Assembly: GCA_002269645.1 (NCBI GenBank)
Contig: NIVC01002734.1
Location: forward strand, 81,223-145,222
Direction: 5' to 3'
DNA from: Macrostomum lignano
Taxonomy: Eukaryota
DNA length: 64,000 nt
The notes under the pieces were generated by a model, which was given only the letters and a program-made list of their open reading frames with translations, was not told the DNA's origin and made no database searches. Numbering within the stretch: the stretch's first letter is position 1; every line of letters begins with the position of its first letter. Positions 1 through 11,720 of the stretch are shown here, piece by piece. Both the position numbers and the translations under genes were made by a program.

Positions 1-79
1 TCTTGTCACTGAAATGACTTTTGCTTGTCACCAAAAGGACTGTCACCAAAACGTCTTGTCACCGAAATGACTGTAATCC
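1..79 (-). mobile_element. Probable terminus of a MULE-like DNA transposon (subterminal tgtcacc(a/g)aaa repeats), cut by the window start
   Basis: Repeated tgtcac(c/t)(a/g)aaa motifs ending in ctgtaatcc (reverse complement GGATTACAG). The layout resembles the GGCTACAG-gtcaaaagggcgaca terminus at 158. Confidence 0.4.
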
Positions 80-157
80 ATTTAAATGATGCAACTTTTA
101 TGTTTAACATATAATAAAAGCTTTTAATAAAAAGTGCATGCTATAAAGATTTGAATC

Positions 158-203
158 GGCTACAGGTCAAAAGGGCGACAGATCAAAAGGGCGACAGATA
201 AAA
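158..203 (+). mobile_element. Outer part of a host MULE terminus (GGCTACAG followed by aaaagggcgacag subrepeats), interrupted by the giant element
   Basis: ggctacaggtcaaaagggcgacagatcaaaagggcgacagataaaa. The same subrepeat array resumes at 26547. Confidence 0.65.
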
Positions 204-418
204 GCATCAGTGTCACAAACACGTAGCAGAATAGGACACGTTTTTTTCGGCTTCAGAAGCGGTCAATACATGTTTTGTGTACGAAAATGTATTAGTAAGA
301 TGTATCACCCGTGACACAACGTAAGGCTCAAAAATACCTCTTCACAAGAGCCTTAACCTTTTTTTTAGCCTTTTCCTTGAGAGCATTTTCCTTAAAGGCA
401 GATAATACCCGTCGATAG
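204..418 (+). repeat. Left terminal inverted repeat (A), ~215 bp
   Basis: gtgtcacaaacacgtagcag...gataatacccgtcgatag is the reverse complement of 26333-26540. The outermost ~6 nt are imperfect (gcatca vs ccagcc). Confidence 0.9.
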
Positions 419-1329
419 GTATTTGTACCCATATTTTTATGCATTTTAAGGCTTCCGTGTACTCGCGTGTAGAAGTTGTCACGGGTGATGTTGGTAAACT
501 GTATAATTCAAATTCCATTCTAGCTAGCTATTAAAATAATTAGCCTGCGTCAGGATTAGCAAAAATTTAAAGGGCTAGTGACCAATGTAGCTAGTTCTAG
601 TCTAGGAAGTTGCGCATCTTACCTAGCTATCTTATTCTTGGTCTAATCGGCTAGGCCTATGATATGCTGTTCGACCTAAATATTAAATTTTACTACTATT
701 GCCATTTTGTTACAGATTTATTTAGGACCTACTGTTCTACCAATGTCAATGGCAATAGATTAAATTTAAAACTACCTAGGCAGCTAGGCCTAGTAATTTT
801 GCATTTAGTAATACAAAGCCTACTGTTTCACTGATTATTTTCTTCTATTGACTAGTAGCCCTAAATCTAAAATATTTTCTTTTCTTTTGTGTTATAAGGC
901 CTAGCCTTTACCTTTATGTTATATTATTAAAATGTTCTTTTGACTTAATAATAGTATTAATAAGCATCTTTTTTCTTTCTTGGATGTAAAGTTAATTTGG
1001 TCCTTCTTTGATTTAATTTAATTAGCTTATATTTTATACAATTTACTAAGGCTATAGGAATGGAAGTATTATAATATTTATATTAATTTTTTCTAACAAA
1101 TATTATAAATTCTGTTTTATAAGCATCAAAAATGGAAATATAAAACAAGATAATATAGAGCACATTCTATATTGAAATATTATGCACATTTTTAAATATT
1201 TTGATAAATAAGATTTCTCCACAAAATTAAAAATATTTTAGAAATTAGATTATAAACTTAAAGCCATAAACCATAGACTAGCAACTAGTTATTTACTACC
1301 ATTATAAAGTAAGTCATGATATCTATCTA

Positions 1330-3185
1330 GTAGTCATGACCTTTTCTTCCTCTCTAACCTCTATCTATATCCTGTTCTTCTTTCTAGACCTATTTTCTTT
1401 TTGAAAAATTTACCTCCTCTTCCTTCCAATATTACTCCTTTCTTTATTTTAGCCCCATCATGTCTTCCCCTTGAATCCTTATTCTCTCCTCTTCACTACC
1501 TACCTTCTCTTTTCTAGTTCTTACTTTCCTCATTTCTAGCCCTTACTCTCTTCTCCTCTCCAGCCTAACCCTCCTAGCCTCACCTCTTCCTCCAGCCCCA
1601 CCTAAACCTCTTTGAACCTCTAGCCCCATCTTTTTTTCTTTCCAGCCCTATCCTCCTCCACTCTAGTCTCATCCTACCTTCCAGTCTTATCCTTCTTTCT
1701 AGCCTCACCCTCCTCCCTTTCAAGCCCTACCCTCCTTCCCTGCACCACCACCCTCCTTCTCTCCAGCCCTACCCTCCCTCCCTGCAACACTACCCTCCTT
1801 CCCTCCAGCCCTATCCTCCCTCCCTGCTACCCTGCTTTCCTTCTAGCCCTACCTTTTCCCCTACTACCCCGCATTCCCCTCCAGCTTCCATCTTCTATCC
1901 TCTAGCCCAACCCTTCAGCCCTATCCTTCCCTCTAACCCTACCCCCTTTCCCTCCAGCCCTACCCTCCTTCTCTGCAGCACCACCCTCCTACCCTCTAGC
2001 CCCACCCTCCTTCCCTCTAGCCCACCCTCCTTCCCTCTAGCCCACCCTCCTTCCCTCTAGCCCTACCCTCCTTTCCTCCAGCCCCACTCTCCTTCCCTCC
2101 AGCCCCACTCTCCTTCCCTCCAGCCCCACCCTCCTTCCCTCCAGCCCGACTCTCCTTCCCTCAAGCCCTGCCCTCTTCCCCTACTGCCCCACGCTCCCCT
2201 CCAGCTTCCATCCTCTTCTACCCTCTAGCCCCACCCTCTTACCCTTCAGCCCCATCCTTCCCTCTAACCCTACCCCCTTTCCCTCCAGCCCTACCCTCCT
2301 TCCCTCCAGCCCCACTCTCCTTCCCTCTAGCCCTGCCCTCCTCCTCGACTTTCCACCCTCCCTTCCAGCTTCCACCCTCTCCTCCCTCCAGGACCCACCC
2401 TCCCTCCTTCTAGCCCTACCCTCCTTCCCTCCAGCCCCACTCGCCTTCCCTCTAGCCCACCCTCCTTCCCTCTAGCCCTACCCTCCTTCCCTCCAGCCCC
2501 ACTCTCCTTCCCTCCAGCCCCACCCTCCTTCCCTCCAGCCCGACACTCCTTCCCTCCAGCCCCACTCTCCTTCCCTCAAGCCCCGCCCTCTTCCTCTACT
2601 GCCCACGCTCCCCTCCAGCTTCCATCCTCTTCCACCCTCTAGCCCCACCCTCTTACCCTTCCACCCCATCCTTCCCTCTAACCCTACCCCCTTTCCCTCC
2701 AGCCCCACTCGCCTTAGCTCCAGCCCCACCCTCCCTCCCTCTAGCCCTACCCTCCTTCCCTCCAGCCACACCCTCCTTCCCTCCAGCCCTGCTCTCCTTT
2801 CCTCTAGCCCCACTCTCCTTCCCTCCAGCCCCACTCTCCTTCCCTCCAGCCCCACCCTCCTTCCCTCCAGCCCGACTCTCCTTCCCTCAAGCCCCGCCCT
2901 CTTCCCCTACTGCCCCACGCTCCCCTCCAGCTTCCATCCTCTTCTACCCTCTAGCCCCACCCTCTTACCCTTTAGCCCCATCCTTCCTTCCAGCACCACC
3001 GCCTTCTTTCCCCAACCCCAACCTCTCCTCCCCTCGAGTGCTCAGCCTCTCCTCCCCTCAAGTGCTCAGCCTCTCCTCCCCTCCAGCCTCACCCTCTCCT
3101 CCCCCAGCATGAACATCTTCGCCCCTACTGGCCCACCCTTCGCCCCTGCAGTCCCCACCCTATTCTCCTTTTCAGCCTCACCCTT
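1330..3185 (+). repeat. C-rich pyrimidine minisatellite (ccctccagccccaccctcctt-type) in arm B
   Basis: Degenerate ~20-bp units, with T-richer copies toward the element end. Mirrored as a G-rich tract at ~10185-11720. Confidence 0.9.
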
Positions 3186-3334
3186 TTTTCGTAGCTTTGT
3201 TAATTAAATTTAATTATCCGTTTTAGAAGTAAAAACGAATATTTCTCCTTCCTCTCTTCTGAATCTCCTCGATGGGGAGAAAAAGATAAGGCCAAGGCAA
3301 AACCTAACAATAGCAAACCAAGCAATGGAGACAA

Positions 3335-3840
3335 TGCTACGGAGGGCCCTGCCAACAGGATGAGTACGGCTTTCTACTTCCTACCGAACAAACAGCCGCC
3401 AATCGGAGAAGCGGCTGTCACTCCTGGGTTACGCCGACGACCTGGCGCTGCCCGCCTCTACGGCTGAGGGAGCCCCAGCGCATGCTAGACAGCCTGGTGG
3501 CAGCTGCGGCATCGGTCGGGCATCAACACCGAGAAGACGAGGTGATGACTGTACCCGCGGAGCTGCCTATCAAAATCACCTGCTGGGACGCCCGACGGTT
3601 GTGCAGCAGCTCTACCTCGTTGCACCCTCGCTGCGACTACCCAGCGAGACCTTCCGCAGGCGAAGACTTCAGCTGGTGGGCCACACCATCCGCGTGGAGG
3701 CCTACTGTTCTCAACCATTGAACCAGTGCAGGACGTCCTGCTGCTCACGATGCAGGGCCCCTGGCGCCGGGATTACGGCCGGGCGGGTCGCTACGCGGAT
3801 TGCCTGCTGGATGACGCTGGGTGATCGGCCAGGCGCACGC
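3335..3840 (+). pseudogene. Internally deleted RTE-like non-LTR reverse transcriptase fragment in arm B
   Basis: Reads LLGYADDLAL..STAEG...LDSLVAAAASVG..NTEKT.VMTVP with frameshifts. It aligns to the RT at 30774-32081. Confidence 0.8.
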
Positions 3841-4819
3841 TGTTGTCGCTTTCAGAGAGTTAGCACTGAAAGAACTGATCTGACACTGCCTCCCATTGTG
3901 AACTGTTACTCTTAACTCAACCTTGCCTTGTTGTTTTCTCTTCAGAATAATTTGCCCAGCTGCAAACTGTGATGGTGCATATCTCGTACTCGCGATTAAA
4001 AAATCTTATACTTCTTACTGTTTCACTGATTTAATTCCGAACCAACCAGGAAAACAAATTTATTTTTAATTCCGTGCATTTTTCTTGTGCTTTACTTTTA
4101 CTGATCGGTGTTAGTGCTATTTATTGTGTGTAATATTATCGAAAAATTCAATTTCCGATGTCATTATTTAGGAACTTCCGCTGTGCTGTATTAAAACTAT
4201 ATAGTACTTCCGCATGCACTGACGTAGCATTGCGCCAATAATTTTACATTGCGTGACGCAGGCGCCTAAACCAATCTTTTGTTGAATGCTACTAGCATAA
4301 TAATCCTTTGAAATACATTGTATTGCTATACTGCATTGCTTTTGATGATCTAAACGAGACTAGCTAGACTCCTCACTGATCCATACGAGTATGCTCCTCA
4401 GTCCTCAAGCGAACTACGAGTATATGGAAACGAGAGCAGATTGAGCTAGCAGCAAACTTAGTATTTGATCTTCGGATCACGGATAGAATCAAGGAAATGT
4501 AGATCTGGCACTTACACAAAAGTCCTTGATTTAATGGAATACAGCAATTTTCAATCTGTCACTTTTTCAACTTCAACTTTTTAAAATTTGGATTGGCGCA
4601 AGTCTCCTTTACATCGTCAAAAGCAATACTGGTTCCAATCCAAGAGAATGATTTGTTGATAACTGTATTTCACTCTTTGAGCTGAACGCTGTGTTTGACC
4701 ATTATTTTGTTGGTGTACAGCGTGCAACAGATCGCATGAATTGGTAAATTTCCTTTCATGCGTTCCTTTCATCCTATAATTCTGGTAGGGGGCGCTGCTG
4801 TTGCAAAGAGCGGCGGTGG

Positions 4820-5215
4820 ATAGCGGAGCTGTTGCAGGAGCTGCGGCAGATAGCGGAGCTGTTGCAGGAGCTGCGGCAGATAGCGGAGCTGTTGCAGGAG
4901 CTGCGGCAGATAGCGGAGCTGTTGCAGGAGCTGCGGCAGATAGCGGAGCTGTTGCAGGAGCTGCGGCAGATAGCGGAGCTGTTTCAGGAGCTGCGGCAGA
5001 TAGCGGAGCTGTTGCAGGAGCTGCGGCAGATAGCGGAGCTGTTGCAGGAGCTGCGGCAGATAGCGGAGCTGTTGCAGGAGCTGCGGCAGATAGCGGAGCT
5101 GTTGCAGGAGCTGCGGCAGATAGCGGAGCTGTTACAGGAGCTGCGGCAGATAGCGGAGCTGTTGCAGGAGCTGCGGCAGATAGCGGAGCTGTTACAGGAG
5201 CGGCGGCAGATAGCA
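4820..5215 (+). repeat. 30-bp tandem array (agcggagctgttgcaggagctgcggcagat), 13 copies
   Basis: Direct count; the ORF 4832-5299 holds 13 x QELRQIAELL-type decamers. Confidence 0.95.
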
Positions 5216-6599
5216 GATTTACTCGTATCCCAAAAATATTCGCCTTTAAAATTGCATACAGTGTTTGAAAAAATCAATTGTGGAGTTTTAGATGCTTGAA
5301 TCAATTTTGCTTAAGCCAGTGGCGTTTGCCGTACATGCCGTTCAATCTTTTTGTACATAAGGCCAAGCATAATTCTCAAATGGTAGATTTATCGCTTGGT
5401 TTCAAGTGCGTTAAGTCCTGTCACGAGTGCGCATAGCCTCCTCGCCTGTGTGGAGTTTTATTAGCCATTGATGAGGCTCCATGACCAGTAGCGCACTTGA
5501 TGCAGTAATCTTTACGCACGAATTAAGGAATCTTAAAAACGAATAACCAATTAAGGAATTTATTTGCGAAGCTGTTTTCTGATTTAGACAAGCGTATAGA
5601 CATTTAGAGGAATTGGAACTTACCATACTGCTAAGGAAAGGGAAAACAGCTTGTCTGCATGGAGTTCTCACAGGAAGCTGGAGTTTTACCATAAGACTAT
5701 AAGAGATATACATGTAAAGAGACGAAGAGTGGGGACTAAAATTTTGAGTTGGTCCCGGAAGAAGAGGTGACGAGAAGGACGACAAGAGCTGAAAATGTCT
5801 CGAACCACTACAGATCGACTAAGGCTTTAGACTGGCATGGAGTGACGGCGCTGGTTGATGAGCACTGGCTGTCTCCGGCGATTTTTTGACGAAGATCACA
5901 GGCAAACAATTCAAATAGACTTTTGGATTACCGGAGATTGATGGAGCTGGCTGAGAAGAAGCTGTACTGGTGGAGTTGACAAGAATATTTGCGCTCAGTA
6001 ACTCGAGAAGACCAGCTGAATTGAAGGGACAAAGCGAGAAGATCGTTCTTTATTTGGGCCTCTTTTGGAAGCTTGCTTCTGCGCACATACAGCCATGACC
6101 TGACCTGAAGGACCTGACAAGATGTAAGAAAGGTCTACTAGCTACATTTAGATGCCGGCGTCAAATTTCTCTACATAACAGCACCAACGGAACCTTGTTC
6201 CAGATAATGACCTGTGCCCCAACATTCTCAATGAGTGCCAGTCCAATCGCGTCTCCACCGAAGGAATTGCCAATCTGAGATAACGCTACACTCCCGTAGC
6301 TATCGTATCACGCGATATATCCTCAATGACCACTGCTGGAACCCTGGGTGAGCTCCACTGCTACCACTGACGGTTCAAAGCAGTCAATCAACACCGGCTT
6401 TGATGTTGGGATCTTTCTGAACGGGAGGGTTTCGCAACCAACGCTCAGTACACTGAGGTCAACTCCAGTGTTTTCCAAAATGAATTAGTTCTCGCCATCA
6501 GCTCCTGCACTGCAGAGCTTCTCGCCACTGGCGTAACCGGTAAGAGCATAACCGAAACCGGCCTTGTAGACTTGGCATGGCATCTGTGGCTGCAGCGTC

Positions 6600-6670
6600 A
6601 ATTCTAAAACATTCCTTGACATGTTGGGTTCCACCAACGAATTTACTCTTCACTGGGTTCCGGGGCATGT
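6600..6670 (+). pseudogene. Possible non-LTR RNase H remnant in loop 1
   Basis: Translates ...FLDMLGSTNEFTLHWVPGHV, matching the W(V/I)PGH motif. Very short. Confidence 0.4.
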
Positions 6671-7014
6671 GCAGGAGCGGTGGAAGATAGCAAAGCTGTT
6701 GCAAGGAGCCAGCGGTGGTAGATAGTGGAGCATGGCCGGCAGGGCGGGAGCGAAGAGTAGAAGTGGCAGGCTGCAGAAGCTTTTTGTTGTTTTGCATGGC
6801 TGCTAAACATGTAAATGCTGAAGTTAATTATGATAAATTGAGTACATGTGCGTGTGAGATGTGCTTTTTATTAGCCATAAACGGTATACAGTATGTACAG
6901 TACAGCTACATTAGCATACATATATATTGTAGTTCAATAACATTTTGACTCAAACGAGTCCGGCGTTCGAGTCACGACGATGTGCCATTTTTTTAATTTA
7001 TTTAGTCTCCAGAC

Positions 7015-7170
7015 CACAAGTCCTCAAGGATACGGTACAGCTGATCAAGGGAAGCTGGCTGCTGCCTCTGGATGTCCCACTCGACCCAGTTCCATATATT
7101 CTATATCGGATTGAGGTCTGGTGACTGTGCTGGCCAGTCCATGGTGCGAATGTTGTTCTCAGCTATGCTC
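7015..7170 (-). pseudogene. Tc1-family DDE transposase C-terminal fragment in loop 1, abutting arm B'
   Basis: Minus strand reads ENNIRTMDWPAQSPDLNPI*NIWNWVEWDIQRQQPASLDQLYRILED. The catalytic E of the WPxxSPDLNPIE motif is replaced by a TAG stop. Confidence 0.85.
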
Positions 7171-7389
7171 GGCTATGCGCACTCGTGACAGGACTTAACG
7201 CACTTGAAACCAAGCGATAAATCTACCATTTGAGAATTATGCTTGGCCTTATGTACAAAAAGATTGAACGGCATGTACGGCAAACGCCACTGGCTTAAGC
7301 AAAATTGATTCAAGCATCTAAAACTCCACAATTGATTTTTTCAAACACTGTATGCAATTTTAAAGGCGAATATTTTTGGGATACGAGTA

Positions 7390-8545
7390 AATCTGCTATC
7401 TGCCGCCGCTCCTGCAACAGCTCCGCTATCTGCCGCAGCTCCTGCAACAGCTCCGCTATCTGCCGCAGCTCCTGCAACAGCTCCGCTATCTGCCGCAGCT
7501 CCTGCAACAGCTCCGCTATCTGCCGCAGCTCCTGCAACAGCTCCGCTATCTGCCGCAGCTCCTGCAACAGCTCCGCTATCTGCCGCAGCTCCTGTAACAG
7601 CTCCGCTATCTGCCGCAGCTCCTGCAACAGCTCCGCTATCTGCCGCAGCTCCTGCAACAGCTCCGCTATCTGCCGCAGCTCCTGCAACAGCTCCGCTATC
7701 TGCCGCAGCTCCTGCAACAGCTCCGCTATCTGCCGCAGCTCCTGCAACAGCTCCGCTATCTGCCGCAGCTCCTGCAACAGCTCCGCTATCTGCCGCAGCT
7801 CCTGCAACAGCTCCGCTATCTGCCGCAGCTCCTGCAACAGCTCCGCTATCTGCCGCAGCTCCTGCAACAGCTCCGCTATCTGCCGCAGCTCCTGCAACAG
7901 CTCCGCTATCTGCCGCAGCTCCTGCAACAGCTCCGCTATCTGCCGCAGCTCCTGCAACAGCTCCGCTATCTGCCGCAGCTCCTGCAACAGCTCCGCTATC
8001 TGCCGCAGCTCCTGCAACAGCTCCGCTATCTGCCGCAGCTCCTGTAACAGCTCCGCTATCTGCCGCAGCTCCTGCAACAGCTCCGCTATCTGCCGCAGCT
8101 CCTGCAACAGCTCCGCTATCTGCCGCAGCTCCTGCAACAGCTCCGCTATCTGCCGCAGCTCCTGCAACAGCTCCGCTATCTGCCGCAGCTCCTGTAACAG
8201 CTCCGCTATCTGCCGCAGCTCCTGCAACAGCTCCGCTATCTGCCGCAGCTCCTGTAACAGCTCCGCTATCTGCCGCAGCTCCTGCAACAGCTCCGCTATC
8301 TGCCGCAGCTCCTGCAACAGCTCCGCTATCTGCCGCAGCTCCTGCAACAGCTCCGCTATCTGCCGCAGCTCCTGCAACAGCTCCGCTATCTGCCGCAGCT
8401 CCTGCAACAGCTCCGCTATCTGCCGCAGCTCCTGCAACAGCTCCGCTATCTGCCGCAGCTCCTGCAACAGCTCCGCTATCTGCCGCAGCTCCTGCAACAG
8501 CTCCGCTATCTGCCGCAGCTCCTGCAACAGCTCCGCTATCCACCG
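7390..8545 (-). repeat. 30-bp tandem array, 38 copies (mirror of 4820-5215)
   Basis: ORF 7310-8527 is M + 38 decamers + the same 24-aa tail as in arm B. Confidence 0.95.
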
Positions 8546-9518
8546 CCGCTCTTTGCAACAGCAGCGCCCCCTACCAGAATTATAGGATGAAAGGAACGCA
8601 TGAAAGGAAATTTACCAATTCATGCGATCTGTTGCACGCTGTACACCAACAAAATAATGGTCAAACACAGCGTTCAGCTCAAAGAGTGAAATACAGTTAT
8701 CAACAAATCATTCTCTTGGATTGGAACCAGTATTGCTTTTGACGATGTAAAGGAGACTTGCGCCAATCCAAATTTTAAAAAGTTGAAGTTGAAAAAGTGA
8801 CAGATTGAAAATTGCTGTATTCCATTAAATCAAGGACTTTTGTGTAAGTGCCAGATCTACATTTCCTTGATTCTATCCGTGATCCGAAGATCAAATACTA
8901 AGTTTGCTGCTAGCTCAATCTGCTCTCGTTTCCATATACTCGTAGTTCGCTTGAGGACTGAGGAGCATACTCGTATGGATCAGTGAGGAGTCTAGCTAGT
9001 CTCGTTTAGATCATCAAAAGCAATGCAGTATAGCAATACAATGTATTTCAAAGGATTATTATGCTAGTAGCATTCAACAAAAGATTGGTTTAGGCGCCTG
9101 CGTCACGCAATGTAAAATTATTGGCGCAATGCTACGTCAGTGCATGCGGAAGTACTATATAGTTTTAATACAGCACAGCGGAAGTTCCTAAATAATGACA
9201 TCGGAAATTGAATTTTTCGATAATATTACACACAATAAATAGCACTAACACCGATCAGTAAAAGTAAAGCACAAGAAAAATGCACGGAATTAAAAATAAA
9301 TTTGTTTTCCTGGTTGGTTCGGAATTAAATCAGTGAAACAGTAAGAAGTATAAGATTTTTTAATCGCGAGTACGAGATATGCACCATCACAGTTTGCAGC
9401 TGGGCAAATTATTCTGAAGAGAAAACAACAAGGCAAGGTTGAGTTAAGAGTAACAGTTCACAATGGGAGGCAGTGTCAGATCAGTTCTTTCAGTGCTAAC
9501 TCTCTGAAAGCGACAACA

Positions 9519-10025
9519 GCGTGCGCCTGGCCGATCACCCAGCGTCATCCAGCAGGCAATCCGCGTAGCGACCCGCCCGGCCGTAATCCCGGCGCCAGGG
9601 GCCCTGCATCGTGAGCAGCAGGACGTCCTGCACTGGTTCAATGGTTGAGAACAGTAGGCCTCCACGCGGATGGTGTGGCCCACCAGCTGAAGTCTTCGCC
9701 TGCGGAAGGTCTCGCTGGGTAGTCGCAGCGAGGGTGCAACGAGGTAGAGCTGCTGCACAACCGTCGGGCGTCCCAGCAGGTGATTTTGATAGGCAGCTCC
9801 GCGGGTACAGTCATCACCTCGTCTTCTCGGTGTTGATGCCCGACCGATGCCGCAGCTGCCACCAGGCTGTCTAGCATGCGCTGGGGCTCCCTCAGCCGTA
9901 GAGGCGGGCAGCGCCAGGTCGTCGGCGTAACCCAGGAGTGACAGCCGCTTCTCCGATTTGCGGCTGTTTGTTCGGTAGGAAGTAGAAAGCCGTACTCATC
10001 CTGTTGGCAGGGCCCTCCGTAGCAT
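9519..10025 (-). pseudogene. Mirror copy of the RTE-like RT fragment in arm B'
   Basis: Reverse complement of ~3335-3840. One SNP seen (ccgccaatc vs ccgcaaatc). Confidence 0.8.
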
Positions 10026-10184
10026 TGTCTCCATTGCTTGGTTTGCTATTGTTAGGTTTTGCCTTGGCCTTATCTTTTTCTCCCCATCGAGGAGATTCTG
10101 AAGAGAGGAAGGAGAAATATTCGTTTTTACTTCTAAAACGGATAATTAAATTTAATTAACAAAGCTACGAAAAAAGGGTGAGGC

Positions 10185-11720
10185 TGAAAAGGAGAATAGG
10201 GTGGGGACTGCAGGGGCGAAGGGTGGGCCAGTAGGGGCGAAGATGTTCATGCTGGGGGAGGAGAGGGTGAGGCTGGAGGGGAGGAGAGGCTGAGCACTTG
10301 AGGGGAGGAGAGGCTGAGCACTCGAGGGGAGGAGAGGTTGGGGTTGGGGAAAGAAGGCGGTGGTGCTGGAAGGAAGGATGGGGCTAAAGGGTAAGAGGGT
10401 GGGGCTAGAGGGTAGAAGAGGATGGAAGCTGGAGGGGAGCGTGGGCAGTAGGGGAAGAGGGCGGGGCTTGAGGGAAGGAGAGTCGGGCTGGAGGGAAGGA
10501 GGGTGGGGCTGGAGGGAAGGAGAGTGGGGCTGGAGGGAAGGAGAGTGGGGCTAGAGGAAAGGAGAGCAGGGCTGGAGGGAAGGAGGGTGTGGCTGGAGGG
10601 AAGGAGGGTAGGGCTAGAGGGAGGGAGGGTGGGGCTGGAGCTAAGGCGAGTGGGGCTGGAGGGAAAGGGGGTAGGGTTAGAGGGAAGGATGGGGTGGAAG
10701 GGTAAGAGGGTGGGGCTAGAGGGTGGAAGAGGATGGAAGCTGGAGGGGAGCGTGGGGCAGTAGAGGAAGAGGGCGGGGCTTGAGGGAAGGAGAGTGGGGC
10801 TGGAGGGAAGGAGTGTCGGGCTGGAGGGAAGGAGGGTGGGGCTGGAGGGAAGGAGAGTGGGGCTGGAGGGAAGGAGGGTAGGGCTAGAGGGAAGGAGGGT
10901 GGGCTAGAGGGAAGGCGAGTGGGGCTGGAGGGAAGGAGGGTAGGGCTAGAAGGAGGGAGGGTGGGTCCTGGAGGGAGGAGAGGGTGGAAGCTGGAAGGGA
11001 GGGTGGAAAGTCGAGGAGGAGGGCAGGGCTAGAGGGAAGGAGGGTGGGGATGGAGGGAAGGAGAGTGGGGCTGGAGGGAAGGAGGGTAGGGCTGGAGGGA
11101 AAGGGGGTAGGGTTAGAGGGAAGGATAGGGCTGAAGGGTTGGGCTAGAGGATAGAAGATGGAAGCTGGAGGGGAATGCGGGGTAGTAGGGGGAAAAGGTA
11201 GGGCTAGAAGGAAAGCAGGGTAGCAGGGAGGGAGGATAGGGCTGGAGGGAAGGAGGGTAGTGTTGCAGGGAGGGAGGGTAGGGCTGGAGAGAAGGAGGGT
11301 GGTGGTGCAGGGAAGGAGGGTAGGGCTTGAAAGGGAGGAGGGTGAGGCTAGAAAGAAGGATAAGACTGGAAGGTAGGATGAGACTAGAGTGGAGGAGGAT
11401 AGGGCTGGAAAGAAAAAAAGATGGGGCTAGAGGTTCAAAGAGGTTTAGGTGGGGCTGGAGGAAGAGGTGAGGCTAGGAGGGTTAGGCTGGAGAGGAGAAG
11501 AGAGTAAGGGCTAGAAATGAGGAAAGTAAGAACTAGAAAAGAGAAGGTAGGTAGTGAAGAGGAGAGAATAAGGATTCAAGGGGAAGACATGATGGGGCTA
11601 AAATAAAGAAAGGAGTAATATTGGAAGGAAGAGGAGGTAAATTTTTCAAAAAGAAAATAGGTCTAGAAAGAAGAACAGGATATAGATAGAGGTTAGAGAG
11701 GAAGAAAAGGTCATGACTAC
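10185..11720 (+). repeat. G-rich purine minisatellite in arm B' (G-quadruplex-type motifs)
   Basis: Repeats such as GGGGctggaGGGaaggaGGGtaGGG. Confidence 0.9.

Larger units (their letters stand above)
411..5438 (+). repeat. Foldback 1, left arm (B)
   Basis: Reverse complement of 7171-12640. Ends are gtcgataggtatttg / caaatacctatcgac and gcgcatagcc / ggctatgcgc. The ORF track shows mirrored ORFs (e.g. 3601-3915+ and 9444-9758-). Confidence 0.95.

Noticed and set aside
7305-8585. Long ORFs from the 30-bp array (QELRQIAELL, SGAVAGAAAD and CNSSAICRSS repeats; also 4801-5304)
   Set aside because: The unit is a multiple of 3 with no stop in several frames, so the ORFs are automatic. Copy number differs between arms and there is no domain or splice context.
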